Assembly (NCBI GenBank): GCA_937924855.1
Contig: CALEYQ010000001.1
Span: forward strand, 65,060-129,059
From: an uncultured Bacteroidota bacterium
Lineage (GTDB): Bacteria; Bacteroidota; Bacteroidia; JADZBD01
DNA: 64,000 nt
Direction: 5' to 3'
This document shows, one piece after another, positions 11,568-20,734 of this stretch (its first letter is position 1; every line of letters begins with the position of its first letter). A model generated the notes under the pieces. The model saw only the letters and a list, made by a program, of their open reading frames with translations. It had not been told where the DNA came from and made no database searches. A program made the translations under genes and the position numbers.

Positions 11568-12971
11568 TTATTTCAGAATTTTCGTAAGCCCGGCAAGCGT
11601 TTCTTTTACCTGTTCTCCGGTTTCCATATTTTTCAGGGTAAGCAAATCGGTTCGGATTTCTTCTTCGCCTACAACAATTACATAGGGGATTCCCCGCTTA
11701 TTGGCAAAGTCGAGCTGTTTTTTAATTTTTGCCGGACCCGGGTAAAGTTCGGCATGGATATCCAGCGAGCGCAGTTTAGCCGCCAGAGGTAGACAATACC
11801 TGAACTCGGCTTCACCCATGCTTACTAATAAAACCTTAGGCCCCTGTTGTCCTTTTGTTTTTTCAGGAAATAATCCAAGGTCGTTCATGACATCATAAAT
11901 CCGGTCTATGCCAAATGAAATGCCCACTCCCGACACGCCGGGCAATCCGAAAATTCCCGTGAGATCATCGTAGCGCCCACCACCGGTAATGCTCAGACTC
12001 AGGGCTTCCGGATGATTTACTTTAACTTCGAAAATCATTCCGGTGTAGTAGTTGAGGCCACGGGCCAGGCTTATGTCGAGTTCGATTTTCGGTTCATAAA
12101 TATTTCCGGATTTGTAATCCTTAACAAAACCCAGGTATTGTTCAATTTCATCCAGTCCTTTTTTGCCGAGGGCTGAATTTTCAAAAATGTTTTTCAGGAA
12201 TTCAATCCGTTTGAGGTCGGAGTCGGATTTTTGAAAGGTTGAAATGATTTCAGTTAATTGGGAAACCTGCTTCTCTGAAAACCCCTTTTTTTCCAGTTCT
12301 GCAAATGCTGCGGTTCCCACCTTTTCAAACTTGTCGATGGCCACTACCATGTCCTGAAATTTGTCGGCGGCATCCAATACTTCGGCCAGACCTGAAAGAA
12401 TTTTTCGGGAGTTATATTTAATTACAACGGGAACTCTCAGGAGAGAAAACACTTCCTGAGCCAGAAAAGTCAGCTCGCATTCGTACAGGAGTGAGTCGCT
12501 GCCAATGACATCGGCATCGCATTGAAAAAATTCCCGGTAGCGTCCCTTCTGGGGCCGGTCGGCCCGCCAAACGGGTTGAATCTGATACCGCTTGAAAGGA
12601 AATGAAATATTGTTTTTGTGTTTTACCACGAAACGGGCGAAGGGAACGGTAAGGTCGTAGCGTAAGGCTTTGTCGGTGATACGGGGATCATTCACCGGTT
12701 TTTCAAGCGATTTTTCAAAGGCTTCGCGGATTCCCTCCTTGTTTTTGGATTCAAAGGGACGGCTTACCAGAATTTTGTAGAGCAATTGATCGCCTTCATC
12801 GCCATACTTGCCGGTAAGGGTTTCAATGTTTTCAAGGGCCGGGGTTTCAATGGGCAAAAAAGCAAATTTCTCGAAAACTGAGGTAATGGTTTTGAAAATG
12901 TAATTCCTCTTCGCCATGTCCTCCGGCAAAAAATCTCTTGTACCGGAGGGGCTGTTTACACTGATGCTCAT
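11568..12971 (-). CDS. hisS: Histidine--tRNA ligase
   Basis: 467 aa. N-terminal GTRDFLP motif, class II aaRS motifs, C-terminal anticodon-binding domain. Confidence 0.9.
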   Translation of the reverse strand: MSISVNSPSGTRDFLPEDMAKRNYIFKTITSVFEKFAFLPIETPALENIETLTGKYGDEGDQLLYKILVSRPFESKNKEGIREAFEKSLEKPVNDPRITDKALRYDLTVPFARFVVKHKNNISFPFKRYQIQPVWRADRPQKGRYREFFQCDADVIGSDSLLYECELTFLAQEVFSLLRVPVVIKYNSRKILSGLAEVLDAADKFQDMVVAIDKFEKVGTAAFAELEKKGFSEKQVSQLTEIISTFQKSDSDLKRIEFLKNIFENSALGKKGLDEIEQYLGFVKDYKSGNIYEPKIELDISLARGLNYYTGMIFEVKVNHPEALSLSITGGGRYDDLTGIFGLPGVSGVGISFGIDRIYDVMNDLGLFPEKTKGQQGPKVLLVSMGEAEFRYCLPLAAKLRSLDIHAELYPGPAKIKKQLDFANKRGIPYVIVVGEEEIRTDLLTLKNMETGEQVKETLAGLTKILK

Positions 12972-12974
12972 GAA

Positions 12975-14675
12975 TTACATGCTTAGTTTTTTGTAACGAA
13001 CCCGTTTCGGAGTAACATTTCCAACCCGTTTCTTTTTATTCTCTTCGTAATCGGAATATCCGCCTTCGAACCAATACACTTCCGAATCACCCTCGAAGGC
13101 AAGGATGTGGGTACAAACCCTGTCGAGGAACCAGCGGTCGTGGGAAATGATTACGGCACAACCGGCAAAATTTTCCAGGGCTTCTTCAAGCGCACGAAGG
13201 GTGTTAACATCAATATCGTTGGTGGGCTCGTCAAGCAGTAAAACGTTGGCTTCGGTTTTAAGCGTCATGGCCAGATTTAAGCGGTTGCGTTCTCCACCCG
13301 ATAATACCTTGGCTTTTTTACCCTGATCGGGGCCGGTAAAATTGAAGCGTCCGATATAAGCACGGGAGTTGATCATTTTTCCTCCCATTTCGATAAACTC
13401 GGTACCCCCGGATAAAATTTCGTAAACGGTTTTTTCGGGATCAATTTCTGTGTGAGCCTGATCCACATAACCGATTTTTACGGTGGGACCAATTTTGATT
13501 TCCCCTTTGTCGGGTTTTTCCTGCTCCATGATGAGGCGGAAAATGGTGGTTTTTCCGGCACCGTTCGGGCCGATAATGCCCACAATACCCGCGGGTGGCA
13601 GTTTGAAGGTGAGGTTTTCGTAAAGCAATTTGTCGCCAAAGGATTTTCCCACATTGGTAAATTCAATTACCTCATTGCCCAGACGAGGTCCGTTAGGAAT
13701 GAAAAGTTCCAGTTTGTCTTCTTTTGCCTTTACATCCTCATTCAGTAATTTTTCATAGGCCTGTAAACGGGCTTTTTGCTTGGCCTGTCTTCCTTTGGCT
13801 CCCTGCCGCACCCAGTCTAATTCCCGCTCCAGTGTTTTTTGGCGTTTGCTTTCCTGCTTTTCTTCCTGAGCCAGTCGTTTTGATTTTTGCTCCAGCCAGG
13901 AGGTATAGTTTCCTTTATAGGGAATACCCTCGCCGCGGTCGAGTTCCAGAATCCAGCCGGCCACATTATCCAGGAAATACCGGTCGTGGGTAATGGCAAT
14001 AATGGTTCCCTTATAATTTTTCAGATGTTGTTCCAGCCAGTCGACCGATTCGGCATCGAGGTGGTTGGTAGGTTCGTCGAGCAATAAAATATCCGGTTCC
14101 TGAATGAGGAGGCGACACAAAGCCAAACGGCGACGCTCTCCGCCGGACAGGTTTTTTACGGGTGCGTCGGAGGGAGGACAACGCAAGGCATCCATAGCTA
14201 CTTCCAGACGGTTATCGAGATTCCAGAGGTCGTTCTGTTCAATTATCTCGGTAAGTTTTGCCTGGCGGTTGATGAGTTTTTCCATTTCCTCGTCCGACAT
14301 AGGCTCTGCAAACTTATTGTTTACCTGTTCGTATTCTTCGAGGGTTTTTACATGTTCAGCGGCACCTTCCCTTACGATTTCAATAGCAGTTTTTGTATCG
14401 TCCAAAACAGGTTCCTGAGGCAGATAGCCGATTTTGTAGCCGGGAGAAAAATGCACATCACCCTGAAAATTCTTTTCAACTCCGGCAATAATTTTCATCA
14501 GGGTGGATTTTCCCGACCCGTTCAATCCTATAATGCCAATTTTTGCGCCGTAGTAAAAAGACAGGTAAATGTCCTTTAAAATGGTTTTGCCGGTATTGAT
14601 CGATTTGGTCACATTGACCATTGAAAAAATAATCTGTTTTCCTTCTGACATGGTTTGATTTGTTATCCGGGCCAA
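12975..14675 (-). CDS. ettA: ABC-F ATPase, energy-dependent translational throttle EttA-like
   Basis: 566 aa. Two ABC cassettes (GLNGSGKST…LSGGERRR…LLLDEPTNHLD, then GPNGAGKTT…LSGGERNR…LLLDEPTNDID). No TMD. Length typical of EttA/YjjK. The true start may be the internal MSEGKQ. Confidence 0.85.
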   Translation of the reverse strand: MARITNQTMSEGKQIIFSMVNVTKSINTGKTILKDIYLSFYYGAKIGIIGLNGSGKSTLMKIIAGVEKNFQGDVHFSPGYKIGYLPQEPVLDDTKTAIEIVREGAAEHVKTLEEYEQVNNKFAEPMSDEEMEKLINRQAKLTEIIEQNDLWNLDNRLEVAMDALRCPPSDAPVKNLSGGERRRLALCRLLIQEPDILLLDEPTNHLDAESVDWLEQHLKNYKGTIIAITHDRYFLDNVAGWILELDRGEGIPYKGNYTSWLEQKSKRLAQEEKQESKRQKTLERELDWVRQGAKGRQAKQKARLQAYEKLLNEDVKAKEDKLELFIPNGPRLGNEVIEFTNVGKSFGDKLLYENLTFKLPPAGIVGIIGPNGAGKTTIFRLIMEQEKPDKGEIKIGPTVKIGYVDQAHTEIDPEKTVYEILSGGTEFIEMGGKMINSRAYIGRFNFTGPDQGKKAKVLSGGERNRLNLAMTLKTEANVLLLDEPTNDIDVNTLRALEEALENFAGCAVIISHDRWFLDRVCTHILAFEGDSEVYWFEGGYSDYEENKKKRVGNVTPKRVRYKKLSM

Positions 14676-14726
14676 CGCGGCTTCCGGTGGGGGATGCGAA
14701 GTTAAAAAAATAGGGGTAAAAAACCC

Positions 14727-15362
14727 TTAGAAATTCGGAAAAAACAGGGGGTTTCTCTCGTTATATTTTCTCAGGTAAACGAAGATGGAATTCCGCTTTT
14801 TCTTTTTCTTGAGTGCCATAAACTCCTGGTAAAGCTGGGGGTCCCGGGCCAGCAGCTTTTCCATGTTTGTTACATTGAAGGCCAGACTGGTTCCGGTTTT
14901 GGTGTCGAGTACAAATTGAAAAGTCTGATAATTCGGATTGTTGGAACCCAGGTTGTAGGGATCGTAGATGGGATTGGGTGAATAAATATAAGCGGAATAA
15001 TGGCAAATACTGCCCATGACCATAATCCGGTTAAAGTCGCGGCCGTGACTGATATAAACCGCACTGTTTTTAGAGTATCCCCAGATACTACTTGTTTTAA
15101 CGGTTACCAGGGAATCGCGGAAATCGTAGTATTGGATTTTAGGGTTTTGCACCACTTTATCCAGAAAGCTGCTGCTTTCGCGGGGATAGTTGGAAACAAT
15201 TTTTTCCGAAGGAATGGGGCGGTTGGCCCGGAACTGATCAAAGTTCAGGTAAATGCCCTCCCGAAACTCAAATCCCGGATAATGTGCAATGGAATCTACC
15301 TGGGCGGGCAGGGTAGTGGCCGGAAAAACCAGGAAAAGTAATATGCCCATGAAATTTTTCAT
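14727..15362 (-). CDS. Hypothetical secreted protein
   Basis: 211 aa with an N-terminal signal peptide (MKNFMGILLFLVFPATTLPAQ). No recognisable domain. Confidence 0.45.
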   Translation of the reverse strand: MKNFMGILLFLVFPATTLPAQVDSIAHYPGFEFREGIYLNFDQFRANRPIPSEKIVSNYPRESSSFLDKVVQNPKIQYYDFRDSLVTVKTSSIWGYSKNSAVYISHGRDFNRIMVMGSICHYSAYIYSPNPIYDPYNLGSNNPNYQTFQFVLDTKTGTSLAFNVTNMEKLLARDPQLYQEFMALKKKKKRNSIFVYLRKYNERNPLFFPNF

Positions 15363-16159
15363 GCTTCCCTCCTTTGCCTGAGGACTTCATAGATAACAAT
15401 GCCCGTGCTGACCGAAACATTCAGACTGTCGTTTTTCCCGCGCATGGGAATATTAAAATGCTTTGCCCCTGTGTTCCAGCTATCGGATAAACCATCGGCT
15501 TCGGTTCCAAAAGCAAGGGCGGTGGATCCTTTAAAGTCGAGGTCCCAATAGTTTTCCTTCGCTTCGGGAGAGGCGGCATAAACGGCAATATTATTTTTTT
15601 TGCAGAAATCAAGAACTTCGCTTACGCCCGCCAGAAAAAGCGGCACGGTAAACAGACAGCCCACGCCCGAGCGGATAACATTGGGATTATAGATATCTGT
15701 TTTGGGATCGCATACAATAACGGCATCCACACCCGCACCGTCGGCACAACGCATGACGGCACCGAGATTTCCCGGTTTTTCTACCGCCTCGAGGATAATA
15801 ATCAGGGAGCGGGCGCCCGGACGAAAACCGTTTAAGTCATGGTTCCCAAACCTGAAAACAGCCAGGAGTCCGTCCTTTCCGTTCCGGTAACTCAGGCTTT
15901 CGAAAATTTTGGAACTGAGCAGGGTTTGAGGAATTTTATCAAGGCCATTTTTAGAAGGCCGGGCATTTTCCGAAATAAAAAGTTGTTCCGGTTCATATCC
16001 CGCTTCCAGGGCCATGTGTATTTCCTTTTCTCCCTCCACAACAAAAGTCCGGGTTTCTTTTCGCAGGGCCGGTTTTTTCATCAGGCCCGAAAGCAATTTT
16101 ACTTTTGGATTGGAGAAGGAGGTAATCAGTTCGGGTGACATACCGCAAAGATAAGGCAA
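15359..16159 (-). CDS. TrmH/SpoU-family RNA 2'-O-methyltransferase
   Basis: 266 aa. SPOUT motifs (GNLGAVMRCADGAGVDAVIV…IPMRGKNDSLNVSVSTGIVIYEV). Confidence 0.8.
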   Translation of the reverse strand: MPYLCGMSPELITSFSNPKVKLLSGLMKKPALRKETRTFVVEGEKEIHMALEAGYEPEQLFISENARPSKNGLDKIPQTLLSSKIFESLSYRNGKDGLLAVFRFGNHDLNGFRPGARSLIIILEAVEKPGNLGAVMRCADGAGVDAVIVCDPKTDIYNPNVIRSGVGCLFTVPLFLAGVSEVLDFCKKNNIAVYAASPEAKENYWDLDFKGSTALAFGTEADGLSDSWNTGAKHFNIPMRGKNDSLNVSVSTGIVIYEVLRQRREA

Positions 16160-16181
16160 TCATTCGGGGTTTCTTATCTTT

Positions 16182-17045
16182 GTGGGAGATTCCGAAGGCT
16201 TGAAAAAATATTTTTCTTTCGTAAAATTTTCCCACACCATATTCGCTCTTCCTTTTGCGCTTACGGGTTATTTCTGGGCTTTACATCATTATAATCTCGA
16301 TTTTTCCCTGAAAGTTTTGCTGTTGGTACTGGCGGCCATGGTATTTGCGCGTAATGCCGCCATGGGATTTAACCGGTATGCAGACCGGAGAATAGATGCT
16401 TCGAACCAACGAACACAGAACCGGGAAATTCCTTCCGGAAAAATTTCACCGGGGGCGGCTCTGGCGTTTGTACTTATCAATGCAGGACTGTTTGTGTTTG
16501 TTACTGCCTTTTTAAATCCACTTTGTCTTTACCTTTCTCCGGTGGCCCTCGGGGTAATATTGGGTTATTCCCTCACCAAGCGATTTACTTTTTTATGTCA
16601 CCTTTTTCTCGGGTTGGGACTTTCGCTGGCGCCGGTGGGAGCCTGGTTAGCAGTTTCGGGCAGTTTTCATGTTTTACCGGTATTGCTGGGACTGATGGTT
16701 TTATTCTGGGTGGCCGGTTTTGATATAATTTATGCTTTGCAGGATGCTGAGTTCGACCGTGAGAACCGGCTTTTTTCCATCCCCGCTTTTTTCGGAAGGA
16801 AGAAGGCGCTTCTTATTTCAAGAGGAATCCATGTATTGTGTCTGGTTCCCGGAATAATTATACTGCTGTATTTTCAGCAGGGAGGGTTTTTTCTAAGCGG
16901 TTTTTTGATTTTTTCAGGATTGCTGGTGTTTCAGCATAGCCTGGTAAGAGCCGGGGATCTGAGCAGGGTTAATATGGCCTTTTTTACCACGAATGGCTTT
17001 GCTTCCCTTATTTTCGGCACGCTGGCCATCGTTCAGGTGCTTTGA
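16182..17045 (+). CDS. UbiA-family aromatic prenyltransferase (4-hydroxybenzoate polyprenyltransferase-like)
   Basis: 287 aa polytopic membrane protein. Two Asp-rich motifs (NRYADRRID and YALQDAEFD) characteristic of UbiA prenyltransferases. Confidence 0.8.
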   Translation: MGDSEGLKKYFSFVKFSHTIFALPFALTGYFWALHHYNLDFSLKVLLLVLAAMVFARNAAMGFNRYADRRIDASNQRTQNREIPSGKISPGAALAFVLINAGLFVFVTAFLNPLCLYLSPVALGVILGYSLTKRFTFLCHLFLGLGLSLAPVGAWLAVSGSFHVLPVLLGLMVLFWVAGFDIIYALQDAEFDRENRLFSIPAFFGRKKALLISRGIHVLCLVPGIIILLYFQQGGFFLSGFLIFSGLLVFQHSLVRAGDLSRVNMAFFTTNGFASLIFGTLAIVQVL

Positions 17046-17809
17046 CTTTTGGCTTTTTCGCGGGCTTTTTTTCTCCTTCTTATTCTGGCTTTCCGGGCTC
17101 TCATGTTAAGTAACTCCACGAGGAAGGCAAAGGCCATGGAAGAATAAATGTAGGGTTTGGGAACATGCACTTCAAGTGCTTCGAGCACCAGGAGAAAACC
17201 GATCATGAGCAGGAATGCAAGCGCCAGGATTTTCAGGGTAGGATTTTTTTCAATGAATTGGGCAATGGCCCCTGAAAAAATCATCATAACGATCATGGAA
17301 GCAACCACCGCAAGCACCATGATGAGGATATTATCAACAATACCCACGGCGGTTAAAATAGAATCGAAGGAGAAGACAATATCAATTAATACAATCTGAA
17401 AAATAATATTTGAACGGGAGGGTCCGTTTTTGGGTTTTCCTTCGGCAAGAAATTCTTCCTCTTCACCGGAAACCTTCACGTGAAGCTCACTCACGGTTTT
17501 TGCCAACAGAAATATTCCGCCGCAAAACAGAATAATATCCCGACCACTAAAGCCCATGCCGAATAGGGTAAAGAGGTCGGCTTTTAATCCTGCAATCCAG
17601 GTAATACCGAATAAGAGAATAACACGGGTAATGAGGGCTACCAGCAATCCCAAAAACCGGGTTTGCTTTTGTTGCAGAGGATCTTTAATGCGGGCGCAAA
17701 TGATGGAAATGAAAATGATATTGTCTATGCCCAGAACAATTTCCAGCAATGATAAAGTGAGTAAACTGAGAAGACCTTCGGGGCTAAGCAGGTCGTTTAA
17801 TAATTCCAT
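17033..17809 (-). CDS. TerC/Alx-family integral membrane protein
   Basis: 258 aa, multi-TM. N-terminal LLEIVLGIDNIIFISI motif typical of the TerC family. Confidence 0.8.
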   Translation of the reverse strand: MELLNDLLSPEGLLSLLTLSLLEIVLGIDNIIFISIICARIKDPLQQKQTRFLGLLVALITRVILLFGITWIAGLKADLFTLFGMGFSGRDIILFCGGIFLLAKTVSELHVKVSGEEEEFLAEGKPKNGPSRSNIIFQIVLIDIVFSFDSILTAVGIVDNILIMVLAVVASMIVMMIFSGAIAQFIEKNPTLKILALAFLLMIGFLLVLEALEVHVPKPYIYSSMAFAFLVELLNMRARKARIRRRKKAREKAKSQST

Positions 17810-17928
17810 TTAGGGGTGAATTGGTATGCAAAATTAAATTTTTTCTACTCATTCTCAGTAATTTATAAAAAATTTAGTACCTTGTATTGCATAGTATATG
17901 ATTTAATATATATCTTTGTATTGTAGAA

Positions 17929-18291
17929 TTGATAATAAAAGGTCACATGAAGGAGAAAAACATAGAAAATACCAAGGCTCAGATGAAAAAGGGGGTGCTT
18001 GAATACTGCATCCTGTCTATCCTGTCCTCGGGCGATGCCTATCCAACCGAAATCATCGAAAGGATGAAACAGGCCCGCCTTGTGGTAGTGGAAGGAACGC
18101 TTTACCCTTTGCTCACCCGCCTGAAGAATATGGGCCTGCTCAGCTACCGCTGGGAAGAATCGAGTAGTGGTCCGCCCCGAAAATATTACCGCCTGACCGA
18201 CATCGGCGAGCAATTTTTAACCGAGCTCGAAAAAACCTGGGAAGAGCTTGTTGCAAGTGTTAACCAGGCCACGGGAAAAAACGAAAAATAA
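17929..18291 (+). CDS. PadR-family transcriptional regulator
   Basis: Winged-helix PadR signature (GVLEYCILSILSSGDAYPTEIIERMK…VVEGTLYPLLTRLKNMGLL…W…KYYRLT). The true start is probably the internal MKEKN. Confidence 0.8.
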   Translation: MIIKGHMKEKNIENTKAQMKKGVLEYCILSILSSGDAYPTEIIERMKQARLVVVEGTLYPLLTRLKNMGLLSYRWEESSSGPPRKYYRLTDIGEQFLTELEKTWEELVASVNQATGKNEK

Positions 18292-18311
18292 CATTGATAA
18301 AATAAACAGCC

Positions 18312-19997
18312 ATGAAAAAGACAGTAACCATAAACATCAGCGGAATAATTTTCCACATCGAAGAAGATGCCTACGATGCCTTGAGCCGTTACCTGGCCAC
18401 CATCAAAGGATATTTTGAAAAATCGGAAGGCCGCGATGAAATTATGGGCGATATAGAAATGCGCATTGCCGAAATCCTGAAGGGAAAAATCTCTGATTTT
18501 AAACAGGTGGTTACCATGCAGGATGTGGAGGAAGTGATAGATATTATGGGAAAGCCAGAAGAATTCGCCGAAGGTGCCGAAGCAGGAAGCGATGCCTCAG
18601 AGGAAGTTTTTGAAGAAGATATCCGAAGTGGAAAGCGGCGCAGGGTGTTTCGCGATCCGGATAATGAAATTATCGGTGGTGTGTGTGCGGGGATAGCCAA
18701 TCATTTTGATATCGATCCTTTATGGTTGCGTCTTGGACTGGTTGGATTTACCTTACTGGGCGGAGCCGGAATTCTCATATATATCATTCTCTGGATTGTA
18801 ATTCCCCAGGCAAAAACCACCGCTGAAAAACTGGAAATGCGGGGCGAAAAAGTGAATGTGAAAAACATCCGCAAAACGGTGGAGGATGAAATGGGAAACA
18901 TTAAAGAAAAAGCCAAAAATTTTGGCGATGCCGCCGGCAAATCGTTTAAAACAAAAGGCAAGGATGCCGGGGAAAAACTAACCGAATTCCTGGTTTCGGT
19001 GGGAACCTCCTTTATGAAAGTGTTCGGAAAATTACTGGCCATTGTGCTGATTATATCCGGTGTGGTTCTTTCCATCGTGTTGTTCAGTGCCGTATTCGGT
19101 GTTTTTAACTGGGGCTGGACTCCCTTTCATGTCTGGATTCCCGCATTTTTTTCTTCCGGGTTTCAAATGGATCTGGGTTTTATTGCCCTGCTCCTGATTG
19201 TGGGAATTCCCGTACTGATGTTAATTTACGGCGGATTCCGGCTTTTACTGGGCATTCGTGAAAAGAACAGAATTGTAAGTCTGGCCGCTACCATACTTTG
19301 GTTTTCCGGACTCGGACTCGCAGCTTACCTGGGTTTTGAAATTTCATCTGAGTTCCGCGAGAATGCCAGAATTAAAGAAGTAATTACGGTTCGCACCAAA
19401 TCCGATACCCTCTATCTCAGAAATGCAGAGGACTTTCCCGAAATTCCCGATTACGACCGGTTCAACCGTAAACACCGGCATCACGGAAATTCACGAGGTA
19501 TTGATATGGCAGGACCGGTTGGTGATGAGATCGTGTTTGGTTTCCCCGATGTTTCGGTAGAGCCTACAGATTCCGACAGCTTCAGGATTGAAATCATCCG
19601 TGGCGCCTCAGGTTCCGACAAAAAATCTGCCTCTGAGAGAGCCGGAAAACTAATGTACCGTCCGGCCCTGGTTCAGGACTCTCTGGTAACCTTATCCGAA
19701 TTCGGAAAATTCGGTATTGCAGAAACATGGAGGGGACAGTCGGTGAAAATTATCATCCGCGTTCCCAAAGGAAAAGCTGTGTTCTTTTCCCGGTCGATGA
19801 AGAACCTGTTGTTTAATGTAGACAACATCCACAATACCTGGGACGGCAATATGATAAACCGTACCTGGTTAATGACGGAAGAAGGATTGGATTGCGTGAA
19901 CTGCCGTGGTATTGACAAGGAGGAGTCGTTTAACCGGAAGAAAAAGCAATCGGAAAAAGATCATCCTGCCGACTATGTTCATTTCATTCGTATGTGA
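18312..19997 (+). CDS. PspC-domain membrane protein (envelope stress), partner of PadR
   Basis: 561 aa. PspC domain (RVFRDPDNEIIGGVCAGIANHFDIDPLWLRLGLVGFTLLGGAGILIYIILWIVIP) followed by TM segments and a C-terminal domain. PadR with a PspC-domain gene is a common pairing. Confidence 0.75.
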   Translation: MKKTVTINISGIIFHIEEDAYDALSRYLATIKGYFEKSEGRDEIMGDIEMRIAEILKGKISDFKQVVTMQDVEEVIDIMGKPEEFAEGAEAGSDASEEVFEEDIRSGKRRRVFRDPDNEIIGGVCAGIANHFDIDPLWLRLGLVGFTLLGGAGILIYIILWIVIPQAKTTAEKLEMRGEKVNVKNIRKTVEDEMGNIKEKAKNFGDAAGKSFKTKGKDAGEKLTEFLVSVGTSFMKVFGKLLAIVLIISGVVLSIVLFSAVFGVFNWGWTPFHVWIPAFFSSGFQMDLGFIALLLIVGIPVLMLIYGGFRLLLGIREKNRIVSLAATILWFSGLGLAAYLGFEISSEFRENARIKEVITVRTKSDTLYLRNAEDFPEIPDYDRFNRKHRHHGNSRGIDMAGPVGDEIVFGFPDVSVEPTDSDSFRIEIIRGASGSDKKSASERAGKLMYRPALVQDSLVTLSEFGKFGIAETWRGQSVKIIIRVPKGKAVFFSRSMKNLLFNVDNIHNTWDGNMINRTWLMTEEGLDCVNCRGIDKEESFNRKKKQSEKDHPADYVHFIRM

Positions 19998-20691
19998 GGG
20001 TATTTCCCCATAAATCCATCTGATGCATTACCCATTGTTTCCGGCCCTGAAGATAAGGGCCGGGATTTTTGGCGGAATATTTTCTGGGACTTGGAAGTAC
20101 TGAAATCAACAAAGCAGCTTCGGGCTTGGAAATTTTTTGAGCCGGTTTTTTAAAGGCCCATTGCGAGGCTGCTTCGGCTCCGTAATACCCGTCGCCGAAT
20201 TCCGCCACATTCAGATACACCTCCATAATTCTTTCCTTGCTCCAGAAAACCTCAATAAGAAAGGTAAAATAAACCTCAAACCCTTTCCGGATCCAGCTTC
20301 TTCCTGGCCAGAGAAAAACATTTTTGGCGGTTTGCTGGGTAATGGTGGAAGCCCCCCGTTTTCTTTTGCTTTTTTCGTTGTGCTCCATGGCTTTTTCAAT
20401 GGCTCCGAAATCAAATCCGAAATGGTTCATAAAATTTTGGTCCTCGGCACACACAGCAGCCAGTTGCAGATGGGGAGATATTTTTTCAAGCGAAACCCAG
20501 TCTTTTTTCATCCTGACCTCCTTGCCCGAAAATAACTGCTCCCCACTCCTGATCAGCATTAAAGGGGTAAGCGGGATAGGAACCCAGCGAAACAGAATCA
20601 CTGAACCAATACTTAAGATTAAAAACCATTTCAGGGCAAACAGGGCCCAACGCCTTACCTTTCCCAGTGCCTTAATAACTTTAGCCTTCAA
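19984..20691 (-). CDS. mtgA: Monofunctional biosynthetic peptidoglycan transglycosylase
   Basis: 235 aa. N-terminal TM, then GT51 motifs (AEDQNF…GASTITQQTAKN…RKGFEVYFTFLIE). Confidence 0.85.
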   Translation of the reverse strand: MKAKVIKALGKVRRWALFALKWFLILSIGSVILFRWVPIPLTPLMLIRSGEQLFSGKEVRMKKDWVSLEKISPHLQLAAVCAEDQNFMNHFGFDFGAIEKAMEHNEKSKRKRGASTITQQTAKNVFLWPGRSWIRKGFEVYFTFLIEVFWSKERIMEVYLNVAEFGDGYYGAEAASQWAFKKPAQKISKPEAALLISVLPSPRKYSAKNPGPYLQGRKQWVMHQMDLWGNTLTYE

Positions 20692-20734
20692 GATTTGAAA
20701 TAATCTGTAAATTTAAAGTAATTCAATATTCATT

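Noticed and set aside
17810-17930. Candidate yybP-ykoY Mn riboswitch upstream of terC
   Set aside because: The region is AT-rich and I could not recognise the conserved riboswitch helices. Left as a check in findings, not called as a feature.
18389-19075. Two minus-strand ORFs (103 and 124 aa) rich in Ser/Pro/Ile
   Set aside because: Antisense to the PspC-domain gene. Compositionally biased with no start signals.
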